A stretch of 64,000 bases of DNA from NCBI GenBank assembly GCA_963668675.2, contig CAXXMB010000002.1, forward strand, positions 416,001-480,000. The letters are read 5' to 3'. The DNA is from an uncultured Desulfatitalea sp. GTDB lineage: Bacteria; Desulfobacterota; Desulfobacteria; Desulfobacterales; Desulfosarcinaceae. The notes beneath the pieces are model-generated. The model did no database searches. It saw only the letters and a list, made by a program, of their open reading frames with translations, and was not told where the DNA came from. Of this stretch, positions 51,654 to 61,313 are shown piece by piece. The position numbers were made by a program, and so were the translations under genes. Within the stretch, counting starts at the first letter, position 1. Every line of letters begins with the position of its first letter.

Positions 51654-51783
51654 CCGGCCTCCTGTTCATTGTATCGGCAAAGCCAGGGGTTCATTCCACA
51701 CGGGGGAGGGGTGATGGAATCGTTCCCCTGGCGTTGCCGCTTTTCGGTATGCTTTTCCGGTGATCCGGCTCGCCGGAAGAGGG

Positions 51784-52359
51784 CTACATCTTTTTTGCAA
51801 AGTGTGCGCGACCGATCTCCACGTTGAACTTTTCACAGTAGATGATCACGCTGTCGTACACGTGGGGGTCTGCTTCAGCCGGCAGGGCGAATTTAACCGT
51901 GCCTGTAAACTGCTTGAGCATTCCAAGGTGAATGCCCGCCTTGCGGTCCCCCTCTTTGCCGAGGAACACCTGGCCGTCCGGCACCTTGTCCACTTTTATG
52001 TCTGCCAGGGTCAGCACATAGTGCCCCATCTCCCTGGAGAGGGTTACCTTACCTGTGGCGTGATGCCCGTCGGATCCGGCAAGCATCGACATCATCGGTG
52101 CGGCCATGGTCTCTTTATGCATTTTCTCCTTCACCATCTTGTCGTCAGACATGCTCGAATCTTTCATCTTTTTATCCATCATTTTATCGGTGTCCATTTT
52201 TTTGGAGGCCATCTTGTCGTCCATCATCTTATCGGACTTCATCTGGTCCGACTTCATATGGCTCTCTTCCATCTTCCCGCTGCCGGCGCAGGCGGTTACC
52301 GCAAACAGCAGTGCCAGAGCCGTCACAGTCACTAACGAGCGAATCGATCTTTTCATCAT
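51784..52359 (-). CDS. DM13-domain lipoprotein with Met/Lys/Asp pentapeptide repeat linker
   Basis: Lipobox VTAC; MKSDQ-MKSDK-MMDDK-MASKK-MDTDK-MMDKK...; HHATGKV, VPDGQVFL, YDSVIIYCEKFNV. Confidence 0.85.
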   Translation of the reverse strand: MMKRSIRSLVTVTALALLFAVTACAGSGKMEESHMKSDQMKSDKMMDDKMASKKMDTDKMMDKKMKDSSMSDDKMVKEKMHKETMAAPMMSMLAGSDGHHATGKVTLSREMGHYVLTLADIKVDKVPDGQVFLGKEGDRKAGIHLGMLKQFTGTVKFALPAEADPHVYDSVIIYCEKFNVEIGRAHFAKKM

Positions 52360-52478
52360 GTGTACTCCTTTTCATGATAAGGGGTTGCCTGTTGCGGATG
52401 AGCCGGCCAATGGCGCTCTGTCCTGAGTCTCTGCTGTCTGTGACGCCGGCCATCCTTGCGATAGATTAGGCATCGGCT

Positions 52479-52517
52479 TTAAAGCAGGGGTAAAGGAGAT
52501 GTAAAGATATGGTAAAG
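52479..52517 (-). promoter_or_regulatory. Four phased (G/T)TAAAG direct repeats; putative OmpR-family regulator site
   Basis: Repeats start at 52479, 52490, 52501 and 52512 (11-bp period), upstream of the DM13 gene. Confidence 0.65.
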
Positions 52518-52546
52518 ATGGATGCGGAATAGCCGGACGGGGTGCG

Positions 52547-53614
52547 TCAGACGGGCAGGGTGAACCACACACAGGTCCTGCCGGGTTCGCTTTCGGCGCC
52601 GATCTCTCCGCCGTGGGCTTCGATGAGGGTTTTGACGATCGACAGCCCGATACCTGAGCCGCCGCCTTCTCGCGAACGCGACGGGTCGGCCCGGTAGAAG
52701 CGTTCGAAGATGTAGGGCAGATCTTCGGCCGAGATGCCCGGACCGCTGTTGATAAAACGCACCTGCACGGTGCTCTCCCGGCGCTCGGCGGCAACGGTAA
52801 CATGGCCGTTGGAGGGGGTGTATTTACAAGCATTTTCGATCAGATTGCGCAATGCCTGCAAAAGCTTGTCCGGGTCGGCCGTCACCTGGTCCGCATCGGA
52901 TGCGAAACGGGTGTCGATGGTGATGGCCTTGCCTTCGAACTGAGGCTTGTAGAGCGCCAGCAGTTGCTGCGTCAGGCCCTTCAGGGAGAGGGGTTGGCGC
53001 GTCAGAAAGGCGTTGGCCGCCTCGGCTTTGGCCAGTTGCTGCAGATCTTCGACCAGATGGACCAGGCGCAGTACTTCCTGCTGCAGCATATTGAATGTGG
53101 CGGCAGAGGGGGGGACCACCGCGTCGCTCAACCCCTCCAGATAGCCTCGCAGGTTGGTCAGTGGCGTGCGCAATTCGTGGGCCACGTCCGCCACCATCCG
53201 TTTGCGCAGCCGCTCGAGCTTCTCCAGGTTGTCGGCCATGCGATTGAAGGCCAGGCCGAGTTGTCCGATCTCGTCATGGGAGGCGACGCCCACCCGTTCG
53301 GAGAAATTGCCGGCGGCCACCTCTCGGGTGATGGCGGCCATCTGGGACAGCGGCCGCAGCACCCGCCGGGTCAGCAGAAAACTGAGCAGCAGGGCCAGTG
53401 CCAGGGCCGCCAGGGTGGCCCACAGCAGGTAGCGATGAATGGCCGCCAGGAACATCTGGTGGGTTTCGGTGGGGGAGACATCGTACTTGTCCATCAGGGT
53501 CATGAAGTAGTCGGCCGCCAACTGATCGATGGCCAGCCAGACGACCAGAATGATCACTGCAATCACCGGCACCACGTTGATCAAGAGCAATTTCCAGAGC
53601 AGGTGTCGTTTCAT
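52547..53614 (-). CDS. HAMP-domain sensor histidine kinase (BaeS-like)
   Basis: AHELRTPL, NLIENA, IFERFYR, GSGIGLSI. Confidence 0.95.
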   Translation of the reverse strand: MKRHLLWKLLLINVVPVIAVIILVVWLAIDQLAADYFMTLMDKYDVSPTETHQMFLAAIHRYLLWATLAALALALLLSFLLTRRVLRPLSQMAAITREVAAGNFSERVGVASHDEIGQLGLAFNRMADNLEKLERLRKRMVADVAHELRTPLTNLRGYLEGLSDAVVPPSAATFNMLQQEVLRLVHLVEDLQQLAKAEAANAFLTRQPLSLKGLTQQLLALYKPQFEGKAITIDTRFASDADQVTADPDKLLQALRNLIENACKYTPSNGHVTVAAERRESTVQVRFINSGPGISAEDLPYIFERFYRADPSRSREGGGSGIGLSIVKTLIEAHGGEIGAESEPGRTCVWFTLPV

Positions 53615-53620
53615 GGTGGT

Positions 53621-54328
53621 TTAAAGCTCGCTCTCTTCGGCCAGGCGATATCCGAACCCCCGGATGGTGATGATGCGGCGGGGCTTCGATGGATCGGATT
53701 CGATCTTCTGCCGCAACTTACCGATGTGAACATCGACCACGCGATCGACAACGGCGTCTCCATGCTCGTAGAGCCGCTGAAGCAACTCATCCCTGGAGAA
53801 GAGGCGTCCGGGCGCCACCAGCAGCGCGTGCAGCAGTTTGTATTCGGTGGCCGTCAACGCCACGTTCCGGCCCGCCAGCGTCACCTTGTGCTTCTCTTCA
53901 TCCATTTCCAGATCGCCATGGGTCAAACGCCCGCCGCTGCGCATCGCCTGCGGCCGTGCTCGCCGCAGGATGGCCTTGACCCGCTCGACGAGCTCGCGCG
54001 GACTGAACGGCTTGACGACGTAATCATCGGCGCCCAGGGAGAGCCCCAACACCCGATCGATCTCCTCCTCCCTTGCCGTCAGCATCAGTATGGGCACGTC
54101 CGAATCTTTACGCAGGCGGCGGCAGATCTCCCAACCGTCGATCTTAGGCAGCATCACATCCAGTATCACCAGCAGGGGCGACCGCTCCCGGGCCATCTGC
54201 AGCGCCTGCAAACCGTCATGGGCGATCCGGGTGGCAAAACCTTCGCGCTCGAGGTAGGTCTCCACCAGTTGGGCGGTATTGGAATCGTCTTCGACAATCA
54301 GGACCGGATCCGACGGGTCTATGGGCAT
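53621..54328 (-). CDS. OmpR-family response regulator
   Basis: LIVEDD, LDVMLP, GADDYVVKPF, IITIRGFGYRL. Confidence 0.95.
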   Translation of the reverse strand: MPIDPSDPVLIVEDDSNTAQLVETYLEREGFATRIAHDGLQALQMARERSPLLVILDVMLPKIDGWEICRRLRKDSDVPILMLTAREEEIDRVLGLSLGADDYVVKPFSPRELVERVKAILRRARPQAMRSGGRLTHGDLEMDEEKHKVTLAGRNVALTATEYKLLHALLVAPGRLFSRDELLQRLYEHGDAVVDRVVDVHIGKLRQKIESDPSKPRRIITIRGFGYRLAEESEL

Positions 54329-54436
54329 GGTGCACATCCTTATCTATCGAAATGCATGTTCTGCAGGCCAACTTTTGTCATACTGGATTTGATCCTGGAT
54401 GACTTCATGGTGATTTCGGTTAATGGATCGGACCGT

Positions 54437-54507
54437 GTAGCGGCGGGGTTTATCCCCGCCCGGAAAGGCACCGCGTTTGTCCGGGCGGGGATAAACCCCG
54501 CCGCTAC
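54437..54507. repeat. GTAG-family REP inverted doublet
   Basis: GTAGCGGCGGGGTTTATCCCCGCCCG followed by its exact reverse complement. Confidence 0.8.
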
Positions 54508-54640
54508 AAGACCGGAGAAAGGATACCCGATATCGCTGGCTTCGTGCAAGGAGGATCATGTCCGGCCGGGGCTATGGGCCTTAAAACGCCGGGCAGGCGA
54601 TACGGCCCTGCCCGGCAAAGAATTCAACATGGTCGAAGGA

Positions 54641-55247
<607 letters not shown>

Positions 55248-55405
55248 ATAACCCCCTGTATATTTACCCCGCGCACAATACCGCCGGCACCGCCGGATAT
55301 CGATCTTGAGGATCGAAAAACGGATTATGCGGGGGGGTCGTTTTAGTGATCAACCTCATACAGGGATAAGTTTCTAATGCCGGGGGGCTTTGTCAAGTTG
55401 CCGGC

Positions 55406-57574
55406 TCACTCCATTTTCCCGGGGAACGGTGCGTAGATATACGCCTCTTTTCCCGCTCTCAACTCAGCCGCCATCCGGTTGAAATTCACGAAGCGATGCT
55501 TCAATTCGTAAAAGCCATGCCACCAGGCATAGTCCGGGGCCATCATGGCCGTGCCCATGCGGGCCCGTCGCCCCTCATGGTGCCAAAGCTCATAGTACTG
55601 CCATTCGATCGGCTCGTCGAAATAGGTCTCATTCGAGATGAGCCCATCGGCATAGAGCTGATCCATGACGGCTTTGACCGGATCGAAGTAGGCTTCATTG
55701 TAGTGCCGCACCACCTCGTCCAAATTGCCAAAATGGCTTTGGGTCCACGTTGTGGAGTGGCACTGCAGGCAAACCGCCTCCATCTTCCGGCGTTCGGCCT
55801 GCCACTCGGTTGCGGCCGGAAAGGGCTTGAAATCCTGTGGCCGGACAGTGCGCGGGGCCTGGGTCTCCCAACTCAGCCGTTCGGTGACATCGTGGGACGC
55901 ATCGTACTTGCCGGCCACTGCGGACATGTGGCAGGTGGCGCAGGTGGGAGCGCGATAGTGCTTGGCGGCCTCCCACTGCCGGTTGGCCGGATCCCACGTC
56001 CAGTTGTCGCCCTCTGCGTGGTAGATGGTGCCGTGCTTGGATTCATTGTAGATTTCGATCTGGGGGTGGTCGGGGCCGAGGTGGCACTGGTCGCACGCCT
56101 CAGGCTTGCGTGCCTCTATAATAGAGAAACGGTGGCGGGTGTGGCAACTGCTGCAGCTGCCGTTGCTGCCGTCCGGATTAACCCGGCCGACCCCGACATT
56201 GGGCCATGTGCCAGGGAGGGGCTTACCGTTTTCAACCGCAACCACAGTGCCGTGGCACGCCAGACAACCGGTGGTCCGTTCGGTGCTGTTGTTCATGCCG
56301 TCATTGAGCCAATGGTCAATCTTCCACATGATCGCGTTGGTGTTGGCGTGTTTGCTGCGCGCATACTGCTCGGCCTGCTTGGGATGGCACCCCTGGCAAT
56401 TCCGGGGCGACACGACGACCGATATGGGTTTGGGTGAGTGTTCCAGATGAGAGGTGAGCACGACCTTTTCGTCGGTGGCGCGGTGACACTTGTCGCAGTG
56501 GACGTCCACCCGCGCATGTACGCCGGCTTGCCAGTCGTTGAAGATGCCCGGCGTTTTGACCCGGTGGCACTCGATGCAGGTTTGGCCGACGATGGCGGCC
56601 TCGCGCGTTTCGGGCAACAGGCGCAGCGGAAAATCCCAGCGCCACACGCCGATGCATGCCAATATCAAAAAGATCAGCACCAGATTGGTGTAGGCCATCA
56701 CCACAAAGGCTTTGCGGGCAGCCGGCAGTTTCTCGGGTGCGCCGGCATCAGGCTGCAGTTCGCCCACGAAACGCACCTTTTCGAACACCTCGGTGCCATG
56801 CGGTGCGCCCGCAATCGCTTCGGTCAGATCCGAACCGGCATTGTGTTTGCCAAAATGGCGTCCCCCTTTCCACTTGGCACTCGCGCTGACATCATAGACA
56901 TGGCTATCGTGAACGAAATAGGCCGGCCGGCCTTCACCCCCATCGAAGTTGCCCAGGTTGGCCCGGGTCACGTCCCCTGACACATCGGCCGGTGGCAGGG
57001 CGGCATGCTTCATTTTCCGATGCACCACGGTGACCGCAACCAGCCCGATGGAGACCATCAAGGCAAAAAGAAGAATCTTGATCGACAACATCAGCCCGAA
57101 GGTATTGTCGAAGAACTGGGACCACCGGTCCATCCGCGCCCACGTCAAATAGATCCCGGTCAGTGTCAGCATTACCATGCAGGAGAGCCCCAGCAGGCGT
57201 TCGGGTTTTGGAATGCCGCCGGTCAAGCGGGTGGGGCGAATAAAAATATGGATATAAAAAATCGCCCCGAAAAAAATAACGGCCGCCAGAAGATGAAGAT
57301 AGCCGATGATAAAACGCAGGGTTTTGTGCAGCGGCTGCTGGAGATGCTCGGCTTTTTCCAGCACGGCAGCCGATATCGGATAGCGATAGCCATTGCGGAT
57401 ATATGCAAAACCGACGGTTTTGAGCTGCCCTCCGGTGCTCTCCTGATGACAGAAGATGCACCCTTTACCGGTATCCCTTGCATACTCCTCTTTTGCCCAG
57501 GACAACGGCGTAAACAGGAGACCGAGGAACAAGAACATCAAGCAACAAGAAACGGCAACACGATATTTCGACAT
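55406..57574 (-). CDS. Membrane multiheme cytochrome c: N-terminal heme, TM domain, cytochrome b5-like domain, HAO-family octaheme domain
   Basis: Nine CxxCH motifs (CIFCH, then eight C-terminal); VYDVSAS..WKGGRH..HNAGSDLT...PHG; GPDHPQIEIY; APDYAWWHG. Confidence 0.85.
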   Translation of the reverse strand: MSKYRVAVSCCLMFLFLGLLFTPLSWAKEEYARDTGKGCIFCHQESTGGQLKTVGFAYIRNGYRYPISAAVLEKAEHLQQPLHKTLRFIIGYLHLLAAVIFFGAIFYIHIFIRPTRLTGGIPKPERLLGLSCMVMLTLTGIYLTWARMDRWSQFFDNTFGLMLSIKILLFALMVSIGLVAVTVVHRKMKHAALPPADVSGDVTRANLGNFDGGEGRPAYFVHDSHVYDVSASAKWKGGRHFGKHNAGSDLTEAIAGAPHGTEVFEKVRFVGELQPDAGAPEKLPAARKAFVVMAYTNLVLIFLILACIGVWRWDFPLRLLPETREAAIVGQTCIECHRVKTPGIFNDWQAGVHARVDVHCDKCHRATDEKVVLTSHLEHSPKPISVVVSPRNCQGCHPKQAEQYARSKHANTNAIMWKIDHWLNDGMNNSTERTTGCLACHGTVVAVENGKPLPGTWPNVGVGRVNPDGSNGSCSSCHTRHRFSIIEARKPEACDQCHLGPDHPQIEIYNESKHGTIYHAEGDNWTWDPANRQWEAAKHYRAPTCATCHMSAVAGKYDASHDVTERLSWETQAPRTVRPQDFKPFPAATEWQAERRKMEAVCLQCHSTTWTQSHFGNLDEVVRHYNEAYFDPVKAVMDQLYADGLISNETYFDEPIEWQYYELWHHEGRRARMGTAMMAPDYAWWHGFYELKHRFVNFNRMAAELRAGKEAYIYAPFPGKME

Positions 57575-57939
57575 GGGTGGCGTCTCCGAAGACGGGAGTG
57601 ATACCTGCCGGCCGTATGCGGTTATGATCGAACGCCTGACAGGCAAGCAATTCAACGAACGGTGTTCTTCTTATACCATGCCAATAAGGCCATACGCAAA
57701 CGAGCAAATTGGCGACGCGTGCAGCACGACAAAGGCCTTCAGCCCCCCCAGAACCGGCCGAAATAAAAATTCGTTAGCCCGATGTGCACACAGTGGCACC
57801 ACCTGTGCGCACAAACATACACTCAACGGGTCGATCCAGTCCGTTTCAGACCTGAAACGCCATCACGAGAGGGGTTTGAGCGCTACCCTTCAACGTCGGA
57901 TACCGGTCATTTCGCCGATGGGTCCCATCTGCATCAACC

Positions 57940-57956
57940 TTGGCATAGCCTTTGCT
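57940..57956 (+). promoter_or_regulatory. Putative sigma54 promoter
   Basis: TTGGCATAGCCTTTGCT (GG-N10-GC). Confidence 0.65.
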
Positions 57957-58023
57957 GATGCTCTACCGAAGGAGGGTGAGCCCTGTTTCGCTCACCCCTA
58001 AAAATCCATGCAGGAGGCATTTG

Positions 58024-58938
58024 ATGAGCAGCGTTCAAGCCCTTGGCAATGACACCATCCAGAGTCAGAACATCTTCGGGCAACCGTTGACCATTTTCGG
58101 GGTACCGGTCGACCGCGAAAAGATCTTTACCAACTACAAAGGCGTTTACAAAAGCCGGGTGGAGAAGCGGCAGCGCAAACTGATCGTAAAGAGCACGTTC
58201 ATCAAATTCTTCCTGCATCACGGTGAGACGATTCAGTGCCTGACCACCGGATATTCGCCTTTGAGCGTCAAAGAACAGATGCTCACGGGCCTGGCGTTTC
58301 TCTACTTCAGGCGTGCGCTCTTTGTCATTACGGAAAAGCGCATTCTGCACATCCCCACCCGTTTCAACCGGTCACCGCGCGGGGCCGTCTCTCAGATACT
58401 CTTCGAAGACTGCGCCCGAATCGAGGTGAAAGGTCGCGCCCTTCATGTCCAATACAAGAACGGGCGTCAGGAAGTGTTTCCCTATCTGGGCCGCAAGGAG
58501 AAGAAGAAGGTCCGCGCCCTTCTCTCCAAACTCTCGCTGTCTCCCAAAGAGGCTGGCCAACTGAAGGGGCGCGTCTATCTATGCCCGAGCTGCACCCACG
58601 CACTGCCGGCCGGCAGCGCCCTGTGCGGCACATGCAACCTTGCGTTCAAATCGACGTTCAAAACCAGACTCTACTCGCTGCTGGTCCCCGGCGGGGGCTA
58701 TTTCTACGGCCGCTACCCGTTCGTCGGGGCTGGTGCAGCCCTTTTTGAGCTGTGCCTGATGGCCATTCTCGTATGGAAAGGCATGGAGATGCACAAAGGC
58801 CTTCCGGTCGACCTCAACCTGATGATCGTTCCCGCTCTGGCACTGCTCCTTGAAAAATTCATCATGGCATTTCACACCGAACGACTGCTCGAAGACTACG
58901 TTCCCGAAAAGAGCGATTACGCCGTACGCAAAATCTGA
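58024..58938 (+). CDS. Hypothetical membrane protein with PH-like region and Zn ribbon
   Basis: GGAGG RBS; LFVITEKRILH, CPSC...CGTC, SLLVPGGGYFY, C-terminal TM helices. Confidence 0.75.
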   Translation: MSSVQALGNDTIQSQNIFGQPLTIFGVPVDREKIFTNYKGVYKSRVEKRQRKLIVKSTFIKFFLHHGETIQCLTTGYSPLSVKEQMLTGLAFLYFRRALFVITEKRILHIPTRFNRSPRGAVSQILFEDCARIEVKGRALHVQYKNGRQEVFPYLGRKEKKKVRALLSKLSLSPKEAGQLKGRVYLCPSCTHALPAGSALCGTCNLAFKSTFKTRLYSLLVPGGGYFYGRYPFVGAGAALFELCLMAILVWKGMEMHKGLPVDLNLMIVPALALLLEKFIMAFHTERLLEDYVPEKSDYAVRKI

Positions 58939-59078
58939 GCTTTAAAGGTAGATGGCGAAAATGCGGGTCAGGCATCTATTGCCAAATGCAGACGGAGGCG
59001 GTAAAAACAACAGTGACACCCCTTGAAACGGATGGGTGCCGACTGTATGGCCCATGACCCTATCTCCGGAGAGCCGAC

Positions 59079-60011
59079 ATGAAGAAAAAAATCGCCATCG
59101 CTGTCGACGGATCGGTCAACTGCACCCATGCCGTGCGCTATGCCGCCGCCATGTCCCAAACACTGCCCGGCCTGCACTATGTGTTGATTCACGTGGAGGC
59201 CGCCTTATCCCAGTACCTCACCGACGAGGCGGAGAGAAGCCCGAAAGCCCGAAGAGCGTTGCAGCGGCTCATGGAGGCGAACCGCGAGGCTTCCACCCAG
59301 ATCATCGAAAAGGTCCAACAGCAGATGATCCGCTGTGGTGTCGAGCCGGATCGGATTGAGATCCGCGCCCGAATCCGAATGGCCGGTATTGCCGAAGACC
59401 TTCTGGATGAGTGCCAGGGCAAATCCTATGATGCCCTTGTTATAGGCCGCCGCGGCATCAGCCATCTCCAGGAACTGGTGACCGGCAGTGTCACCTCCAA
59501 TGTGGTCGCGTACTCCGATGTCACGCCGGTATGGATGGTAGATGACGAGGTGCCCAACAGCCGTGTCGTTCTGGCCGCCGACGGCTCACAAAACGCGCTG
59601 CGCGCCCTCGACCACCTCGCCTTTATGCTCAGCGGCCGGGAAGATGCCGCGATTCACATCATCCATGTCAATCCCAAATTGAAGGATGTCTGTGAAATCA
59701 AATGTGACGACGAGGCAATGGCGGTTGCCGAGGAGATCCTGCTCGACAGCGACCGCCACTGCATCGATGGGTTCCATGAACAGGCGAAGGAGGTGATTCG
59801 GAAAAACGGACTCGACCCCGGCCGGTTGGAGATTCAAACCATCAAAAGCCGTGTCTCTGTTGCCGGCGCCGTTATCGATGCCGCCCGCAAAGGCGGTTTC
59901 GGTTCGATCGTCATGGGCCGCCGCGGTCTGAAAAAGGGCAAGTTCACCGGCAGCGTTTCGCGAAAAGTCCTTCAAAAGGCCACCCGGATGGCCGTGTGGG
60001 TGGTGCCGTGA
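59079..60011 (+). CDS. Universal stress protein (tandem Usp domains)
   Basis: IAIAVDGS...IGRRG...GSV; LAADGS...MGRRG...GSVS. Confidence 0.93.
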   Translation: MKKKIAIAVDGSVNCTHAVRYAAAMSQTLPGLHYVLIHVEAALSQYLTDEAERSPKARRALQRLMEANREASTQIIEKVQQQMIRCGVEPDRIEIRARIRMAGIAEDLLDECQGKSYDALVIGRRGISHLQELVTGSVTSNVVAYSDVTPVWMVDDEVPNSRVVLAADGSQNALRALDHLAFMLSGREDAAIHIIHVNPKLKDVCEIKCDDEAMAVAEEILLDSDRHCIDGFHEQAKEVIRKNGLDPGRLEIQTIKSRVSVAGAVIDAARKGGFGSIVMGRRGLKKGKFTGSVSRKVLQKATRMAVWVVP

Positions 60012-60044
60012 AAATGCCGGCTCAAACAATTTCTTAAATTCTTC

Positions 60045-60071
60045 TAAAGTCCTCCCTTAAAGCGCCGATAC
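60045..60071 (+). promoter_or_regulatory. Putative sigma28 (FliA) promoter
   Basis: TAAA-N15-GCCGATAC. Confidence 0.7.
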
Positions 60072-60101
60072 CATAGATGAAGGTATATCTCGAACCAGTG
60101 A

Positions 60102-61301
60102 GTGATAAACATGGATGATTTATTTGCCATCGGAGCCGATCAACTGTTCGCCATCACGGCCAATCAGGCCGAACAGATGACGGCCCTCTCCAATCAAGCC
60201 CTGAGCAGCGGTATCGACAAGTATGTCAACGGGGATTATGAAGGGGCGGTCGTTGATTTCAAGCGGGCCTTCGGACTTGATCCCTATGCGGAATACGCCA
60301 TCGATGCGATCAAGTATCGGGCCATGGCCCACCAGAGCCTGGGCGAGACCGAAAAGGCCATCGACACCTATGAGGAGGGCTTGCGCGTACATGGCTATCG
60401 TGACGATCTGCATGTGGGACTGGGCAACCTGCTGATCGGGGAGGGCCGGACGGGCGAAGCCATAGAGTCCTACGAGTCAGCCGTGCGCGTTTACGACGAC
60501 CCCAACAACCGCTTCTCACTCGGTCAGGCCTATCTGAAGGCGGGACGCTACGATGATGCCGCCAATCAATTCGGCAAAGTGATTAAGCACGAGCAGTACA
60601 GCCGCAACGGCTACTACGGCATGGGCCAAGTGTACAGCGCTCAAAAGAACTACACAAAAGCGATCGAACAATTTGAGCAGGCAATCCACAAGGACAATAC
60701 CTTTTACGATGCTTATACGGAAATGGGCTATGCCTACGCCGATGCCGGCAATATGAAAGAAGCCGAAAAGATCCAGAGCTTCCTCGAAGCTGAAGGCAGC
60801 TCACTCTCCTCCCTGCTGGACGCCTATATCGGCAAAGCGACCAAACCCAAAATCATGCTCGCCTATGCCGATAGCACGTTCCCTTACTACATGCCGTCCA
60901 GAAGCAACGTATCGGCCCTCAACAACTATATGGCCAATGCCAATGCCAGCCAGACCTTCAGCATCCGCTTTCAATTCAACAAGGAGATGGATCGCGATTC
61001 AATCGAGAATGTAATGAACTGGACCATCAAACGCTCGGATAAGAGCGGCCCCGGCATGCGTTACAACATGGGGCTCTCGGTTCCCGAAACCGAGGCGAGT
61101 ATCAGCGCTGTACCCACAGGTGTCTATTACGATGAAAAGAGATTTACGGCCACCGTCCGTTTCGATATCCACCAGAACAGCGAAGCCAACGCCACCATCG
61201 ATCCCTCCCACCTGCTTTTTGCCTTCACCGGCGAAGATTCCGACGGCAACACCATGGACCCCGAATTCGACGAATTCATGGGCTTTTCCAAATCGGTATA
61301 A
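60102..61301 (+). CDS. TPR-repeat protein with beta-rich C-terminal domain
   Basis: Several TPR units (FSLGQAY, YYGMGQVY, YTEMGYAY); FQFNKEMD. Confidence 0.85.
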   Translation: MINMDDLFAIGADQLFAITANQAEQMTALSNQALSSGIDKYVNGDYEGAVVDFKRAFGLDPYAEYAIDAIKYRAMAHQSLGETEKAIDTYEEGLRVHGYRDDLHVGLGNLLIGEGRTGEAIESYESAVRVYDDPNNRFSLGQAYLKAGRYDDAANQFGKVIKHEQYSRNGYYGMGQVYSAQKNYTKAIEQFEQAIHKDNTFYDAYTEMGYAYADAGNMKEAEKIQSFLEAEGSSLSSLLDAYIGKATKPKIMLAYADSTFPYYMPSRSNVSALNNYMANANASQTFSIRFQFNKEMDRDSIENVMNWTIKRSDKSGPGMRYNMGLSVPETEASISAVPTGVYYDEKRFTATVRFDIHQNSEANATIDPSHLLFAFTGEDSDGNTMDPEFDEFMGFSKSV

Positions 61302-61313
61302 GTAAAAAGCGCA

